Origin: Bacillus subtilis subsp. subtilis str. 168
Lineage (GTDB): Bacteria > Bacillota > Bacilli > Bacillales > Bacillaceae
Direction of reading: 5' to 3'
NCBI RefSeq assembly: GCF_000009045.1
Contig: NC_000964.3
Span: forward strand, 1,890,001-1,922,000
DNA length: 32,000 nucleotides
The translations under genes were made by a program, and so were the position numbers. Below the pieces are notes generated by a model. That model saw only the letters and a program-made list of their open reading frames with translations. It was not told where the DNA came from and ran no database searches. Position 1 is the stretch's first letter; the number at the start of each line of letters is the position of its first letter. Shown here piece after piece: positions 27,303 through 32,000 of this stretch.

Positions 27303-27329
27303 TTAAACTATGTACTAAATTTTCAGTAT
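27296..27329 (+). repeat. copy B of the 34-bp direct repeat (partner at 14833-14866)
   Basis: See copy A. Same orientation, 12,463 bp apart. Confidence 0.8.
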
Positions 27330-27469
27330 ATTTCAATTGCTTTGCCCCTTAATAAATATAAAACCGCATCCTTCCACGACCTAAAAAATGAAACGTTTTT
27401 AAGAAGATGGCGTCTAATATTCTAAATGTTCATATTTTGATAAAAGTTTCCTAAAGGAAAGAAAATTTC

Positions 27470-27498
27470 TTGACTTCAACAATCTTTTGGTGGATAAT
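27470..27498 (+). promoter_or_regulatory. strong sigma-A type promoter with no protein gene downstream
   Basis: TTGACT (27470-27475), 17 nt, GATAAT (27493-27498), with a TG dinucleotide at 27491-27492. Confidence 0.6.
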
Positions 27499-27504
27499 TA
27501 TGGT

Positions 27505-27573
27505 GTAAACATGATGTTCTTTTTCCTCCTATTCGGGCTCGCACCCAAAAGTCAGGGCGAGCCTGCTTTTTTT
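27505..27573 (+). ncRNA. candidate small RNA of about 70 nt with an anti-SD motif
   Basis: The promoter above is followed by an unstructured UUCUUUUUCCUCCUAUU segment. Then GGCTCGC (27536-27542) pairs with GCGAGCC (27557-27563), followed by TGCTTTTTTT. It converges on the lexA terminator. Confidence 0.5.
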
Positions 27574-27582
27574 GAACAACAA

Positions 27583-27610
27583 ACCCCCTCTCCGTAAAGG
27601 AAGAGGGGGT
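27583..27610 (-). terminator. terminator of lexA
   Basis: ACCCCCTCT (27583-27591) pairs with AGAGGGGGT (27602-27610), 29 nt downstream of the lexA stop. Confidence 0.75.
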
Positions 27611-27638
27611 TATTTTATGCATCTGATAGATCAATAGA

Positions 27639-28256
27639 TTAATGGACGGTTCTGAACACGCCAATCACTTTCCCTAGAATGCTGACATTCTGCAAAATGA
27701 TAGGTTCCATCGTTGGGTTCTCAGGCTGCAAGCGAATGTGGGTATCCTCTTTATAGAATCGTTTTACAGTTGCTTCATCATCTTCTGTCATCGCAACTAC
27801 AATTTCCCCATTGTTCGCTGTGTTTTGCTGTTTAACGATGACATAGTCCTTATCGAGAATACCAGCATCTATCATACTGTCTCCCATAATCTCCAGCATA
27901 AATACATGCTCGTCTGGAGGAACCATGCGGTCAGGGAGCGGAAAATATTCTTCAATATTTTCTACTGCTGTAATAGGAGATCCCGCCGTGACTTTCCCGA
28001 TGACCGGTACATTAACGACCTGGCTTTGCGGAATGTCTACTTCTTCATCAAGAATTTCTATTGCTCTTGGTTTTGTCGGATCTCGTCTGATCAGCCCTTT
28101 TGTTTCCAAACGGGCCAAATGGCCGTGGACAGTAGAACTGGACGCAAGCCCGACAGCCTCTCCGATCTCTCTCACGGAAGGCGGATATCCTTTTGATTTA
28201 ACCTCTGCTTTAATAAAACGGAGGATATCAAGTTGCCTTTTTGATAGCTTCGTCAT
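27639..28256 (-). CDS. lexA: SOS repressor LexA
   Basis: 205 aa from the ATG at 28256 (GAGGTG SD 6 nt upstream), [16 protein letters not shown].... Winged HTH plus S24 peptidase domain (GDSM, VKR). The track GTG at 28265 is an extension. Confidence 0.96.
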   Translation of the reverse strand: MTKLSKRQLDILRFIKAEVKSKGYPPSVREIGEAVGLASSSTVHGHLARLETKGLIRRDPTKPRAIEILDEEVDIPQSQVVNVPVIGKVTAGSPITAVENIEEYFPLPDRMVPPDEHVFMLEIMGDSMIDAGILDKDYVIVKQQNTANNGEIVVAMTEDDEATVKRFYKEDTHIRLQPENPTMEPIILQNVSILGKVIGVFRTVH

Positions 28257-28288
28257 TTTTCGCACCTCAAAACGTCGATTTTAAGAAG

Positions 28289-28317
28289 ATTATAGCATGA
28301 TTTTCCTTACAGTACAA
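28289..28317 (-). promoter_or_regulatory. lexA promoter
   Basis: On the minus strand: TTGTAC, 17 nt, TATAAT (plus-strand coordinates 28312-28317 and 28289-28294). Confidence 0.7.
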
Positions 28318-28328
28318 ACATAGGTTCG
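28315..28328. promoter_or_regulatory. LexA (Cheo) box 1, overlapping the lexA -35
   Basis: CAAACATAGGTTCG against CGAAC-N4-GTTCG (1 mismatch). Confidence 0.75.
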
Positions 28329-28337
28329 AAAAAACAA

Positions 28338-28365
28338 TTGACAGAAACGTTTGTTCGTATATACT
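28338..28365 (+). promoter_or_regulatory. yneA-yneB-ynzC promoter
   Basis: TTGACA (28338-28343), 16 nt, TATACT (28360-28365). Confidence 0.7.
28344..28357. promoter_or_regulatory. LexA box 2, inside the yneA promoter spacer
   Basis: GAAACGTTTGTTCG against CGAAC-N4-GTTCG (2 mismatches in the left arm). Confidence 0.7.
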
Positions 28366-28380
28366 GAAATTATAAAAATG

Positions 28381-28394
28381 CGAACAAACATTCC
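28381..28394. promoter_or_regulatory. LexA box 3, in the yneA leader
   Basis: CGAACAAACATTCC against CGAAC-N4-GTTCG (2 mismatches in the right arm). Confidence 0.6.
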
Positions 28395-28411
28395 TGTTGG
28401 AGGTTATGATC

Positions 28412-28723
28412 ATGAGTAAAGAATCTATTATTTTTGTCGGTCTGTTTACAGTGATTTTGAGCGCGGTTATCCTTATGCTGTCATATACAAGCAGCGGCCA
28501 AGAGCTTAATCAGTATGTTAAAATAGAAGTCCAGCAAGGCGACACACTCTGGTCAATTGCTGATCAGGTAGCCGATACAAAAAAGATAAACAAAAATGAT
28601 TTTATTGAATGGGTAGCTGATAAAAATCAACTTCAAACCTCTGATATCCAGCCGGGTGATGAGTTAGTGATCCCATTGAAAAAGAAGCATCAGGATGCAT
28701 ATGAATTAGCAACTGTAAGATAG
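28412..28723 (+). CDS. yneA: SOS-induced cell division inhibitor (TM segment plus LysM domain)
   Basis: GGAGG (28399-28403) lies 8 nt before the ATG at 28412, giving MSKESIIFVGLFTVILSAVIL.... LysM-like VQQGDTLWSIA...GDELVIP. The upstream TTG/ATG starts in the track sit too close to the SD. Confidence 0.9.
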   Translation: MSKESIIFVGLFTVILSAVILMLSYTSSGQELNQYVKIEVQQGDTLWSIADQVADTKKINKNDFIEWVADKNQLQTSDIQPGDELVIPLKKKHQDAYELATVR

Positions 28724-29692
<969 letters not shown>

Positions 29693-29696
29693 TATA

Positions 29697-29731
29697 AGAG
29701 GAATACGGCAATATCGTATTCCTCTTTTGCA
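29697..29731 (+). terminator. terminator of the yneA operon
   Basis: AAGAGGAATACG GCAATAT CGTATTCCTCTT, followed by TTG. Confidence 0.85.
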
Positions 29732-29798
29732 TATACTATAATCAAAACTCTTATGTGACAAAATTCAACAAGTTTCTCTCAAATTTAAGCTGAAACAG

Positions 29799-29827
29799 TT
29801 GAGAAAAAGTCGTCAGACATTTATGAT
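29799..29827 (+). promoter_or_regulatory. candidate sigma-A promoter of tkt
   Basis: TTGAGA (29799-29804), 17 nt, TATGAT (29822-29827). Confidence 0.55.
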
Positions 29828-29860
29828 GTAAGGGTACAACACATAAGGAAGGGGATTTTT

Positions 29861-31864
29861 ATGGATACAATTGAAAAGAAATCAGTTGCTACCATTCGCA
29901 CACTGTCAATAGACGCTATTGAAAAAGCAAATTCTGGTCACCCAGGGATGCCGATGGGAGCCGCTCCAATGGCATACACGCTGTGGACAAAATTTATGAA
30001 CGTAAGTCCGGCAAACCCTGGCTGGTTTAACCGTGACCGTTTTGTTTTATCTGCTGGACACGGGTCAGCACTATTATACAGCATGCTTCATTTAAGCGGG
30101 TTTGATCTTAGTATTGAAGATCTTAAGGGATTCCGCCAGTGGGGCAGCAAAACACCAGGACATCCGGAATTCGGACATACTGCCGGTGTTGATGCTACAA
30201 CAGGTCCGCTTGGCCAAGGAATTGCCATGGCAGTCGGTATGGCAATTGCTGAACGCCATTTAGCGGAAACATACAACCGCGATTCATTTAACGTAGTCGA
30301 TCATTATACATACAGTATTTGCGGTGATGGTGATTTAATGGAAGGTATTTCTTCTGAAGCCGCTTCACTCGCAGGCCATCTTCAGCTTGGCCGTCTGATC
30401 GTACTATACGATTCTAATGACATCTCTCTTGATGGAGACCTCGACCGTTCATTCTCTGAAAACGTGAAACAGCGTTTTGAAGCAATGAATTGGGAAGTTC
30501 TTTATGTTGAGGATGGAAACAATATTGAAGAATTAACAGCGGCTATCGAAAAAGCACGCCAAAATGAAAAGAAACCTACATTAATTGAAGTGAAAACGAC
30601 AATCGGATTCGGTTCACCTAACCGTGCCGGTACATCCGGTGTTCACGGTGCGCCGCTTGGTAAAGAAGAAAGCAAATTAACAAAAGAAGCTTACGCGTGG
30701 ACATATGAAGAAGACTTCTACGTTCCGTCAGAAGTTTATGAGCATTTCGCTGTAGCTGTTAAAGAATCAGGTGAGAAAAAAGAACAAGAATGGAATGCTC
30801 AATTCGCTAAATATAAAGAAGTTTATCCTGAACTTGCTGAACAGCTTGAACTGGCAATCAAAGGAGAGCTTCCGAAGGACTGGGATCAAGAGGTTCCTGT
30901 GTATGAAAAAGGAAGCAGTTTGGCATCCCGTGCATCTTCCGGTGAAGTTCTCAACGGACTTGCGAAAAAAATTCCTTTCTTTGTCGGAGGTTCTGCTGAC
31001 CTAGCGGGATCGAACAAAACGACTATTAAAAATGCCGGTGATTTTACAGCGGTTGATTACTCAGGCAAAAACTTCTGGTTTGGTGTACGTGAATTTGCGA
31101 TGGGTGCGGCCTTAAACGGTATGGCGCTTCATGGCGGTCTTCGTGTATTCGGCGGAACTTTCTTTGTCTTCTCTGATTACCTGCGTCCTGCGATTCGCCT
31201 TGCAGCGTTAATGGGCCTTCCTGTGACATATGTCTTCACACATGACAGTATTGCGGTTGGTGAAGACGGTCCGACGCACGAGCCTGTTGAACAGCTTGCT
31301 TCACTCCGTGCGATGCCTAACCTTTCTTTGATCCGTCCAGCAGACGGCAATGAGACAGCAGCAGCATGGAAGCTTGCAGTGCAAAGCACTGACCACCCAA
31401 CAGCGCTAGTGCTTACACGTCAAAACCTTCCTACCATCGATCAAACATCTGAAGAAGCATTGGCAGGAGTAGAAAAAGGTGCATATGTCGTTTCTAAATC
31501 TAAAAACGAAACACCTGACGCTCTTCTCATCGCTTCCGGATCAGAGGTAGGTCTTGCAATTGAAGCGCAGGCTGAATTGGCAAAAGAAAATATCGATGTT
31601 TCTGTTGTCAGCATGCCTTCAATGGACCGTTTTGAGAAACAATCTGATGAATACAAAAACGAAGTCCTTCCTGCAGATGTGAAAAAACGTCTTGCAATTG
31701 AAATGGGCTCATCATTTGGATGGGGCAAATACACGGGGCTTGAAGGTGACGTTCTCGGCATAGACCGATTCGGTGCATCTGCTCCTGGTGAAACCATCAT
31801 TAACGAATACGGCTTCTCAGTTCCGAACGTAGTGAATCGAGTTAAGGCATTAATCAATAAGTAA
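29861..31864 (+). CDS. tkt: transketolase
   Basis: 667 aa with an AAGGAAGGGG SD. TPP-binding motifs are present ([28 protein letters not shown]). Confidence 0.97.
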
Positions 31865-31871
31865 GCTTTTG

Positions 31872-31903
31872 AAAGAGGATGAGTCAAATCATCCTCTTTT
31901 TCT
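31872..31903 (+). terminator. terminator of tkt
   Basis: AAAGAGGATGA GTCAAA TCATCCTCTTT, followed by TTCTT. Confidence 0.85.
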
Positions 31904-32000
31904 TGTTTATCCGACAAAAATAGTATTGGCTGTTTAACAGTAATAGACAATTCTTTCTTTTCTTCTTTTGTATAATAGAGAGCAAATGAAATGCTGCTGG

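Noticed and set aside
27511-27597. 28-codon hydrophobic ORF (MMFFFLLFGLAPKSQGEPAFFEQQTPSP) inside the candidate sRNA, considered as a possible type I toxin.
   Set aside because: The first terminator hairpin and its T-run (27536-27573) lie inside the frame, before its stop. The SD is only GGTG. A non-coding RNA is the simpler reading, though a tiny peptide cannot be excluded.
27391-28290. AAACGT(...)TTTTAAGAAGAT occurs on both sides of lexA (27391-27408 and 28270-28290), considered as possible direct repeats flanking lexA.
   Set aside because: The exact match is only 12 nt and is AT-rich, with a 3-nt indel next to it. Many such chance matches are expected in 32 kb, so it is not distinguishable from coincidence.

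Overview
From remembered protein sequences and gene order (no database search was run), this window reads as the Bacillus subtilis 168-type chromosome segment xynB'-xylR-xylAB-yncB-yncC-alrB-yncE-yncF-cotU-thyA-yncM-cotC-tatAC-yndA-yndB-ynzB-yndDEF-yndGHJ-yndK-yndL-yndM-fosB-lexA-yneA-yneB-ynzC-tkt. There are no rRNA or tRNA genes, no CRISPR array and no intact transposon or prophage. Several known control sites are readable directly: the xylA promoter, xylO operator and cre; a sigma-W promoter for fosB; and the divergent lexA/yneA promoters with three LexA boxes. Many ORF-track starts look over-extended (xylR, alrB, cotC, tatAC, yndH, yndK, yndM, lexA, yneA), and I re-placed them using Shine-Dalgarno (SD) spacing. 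Features not explained by the >=60 aa ORF track: (1) a frameshifted relic of a GH11 xylanase just downstream of xylB; (2) a promoter-to-terminator unit of about 70 nt between fosB and lexA with an exposed anti-SD motif, a candidate sRNA; (3) a 31/34-identical direct repeat pair bracketing 12.4 kb (cotC to fosB); (4) five short SD-preceded ORFs below the track cutoff, including a twin-CX3C Tyr/Gln-rich peptide next to cotU and a 36-aa membrane peptide just upstream of the orphan germinant-receptor operon yndDEF; (5) the translationally coupled yndG-yndH-yndJ operon of unknown function; (6) an in-frame TAG immediately before the yndL start. The best candidates for an undescribed system are yndGHJ and the repeat-bounded block that lies near the SOS-controlled resolvase homologue yneB. 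Both are hypotheses, not demonstrations.
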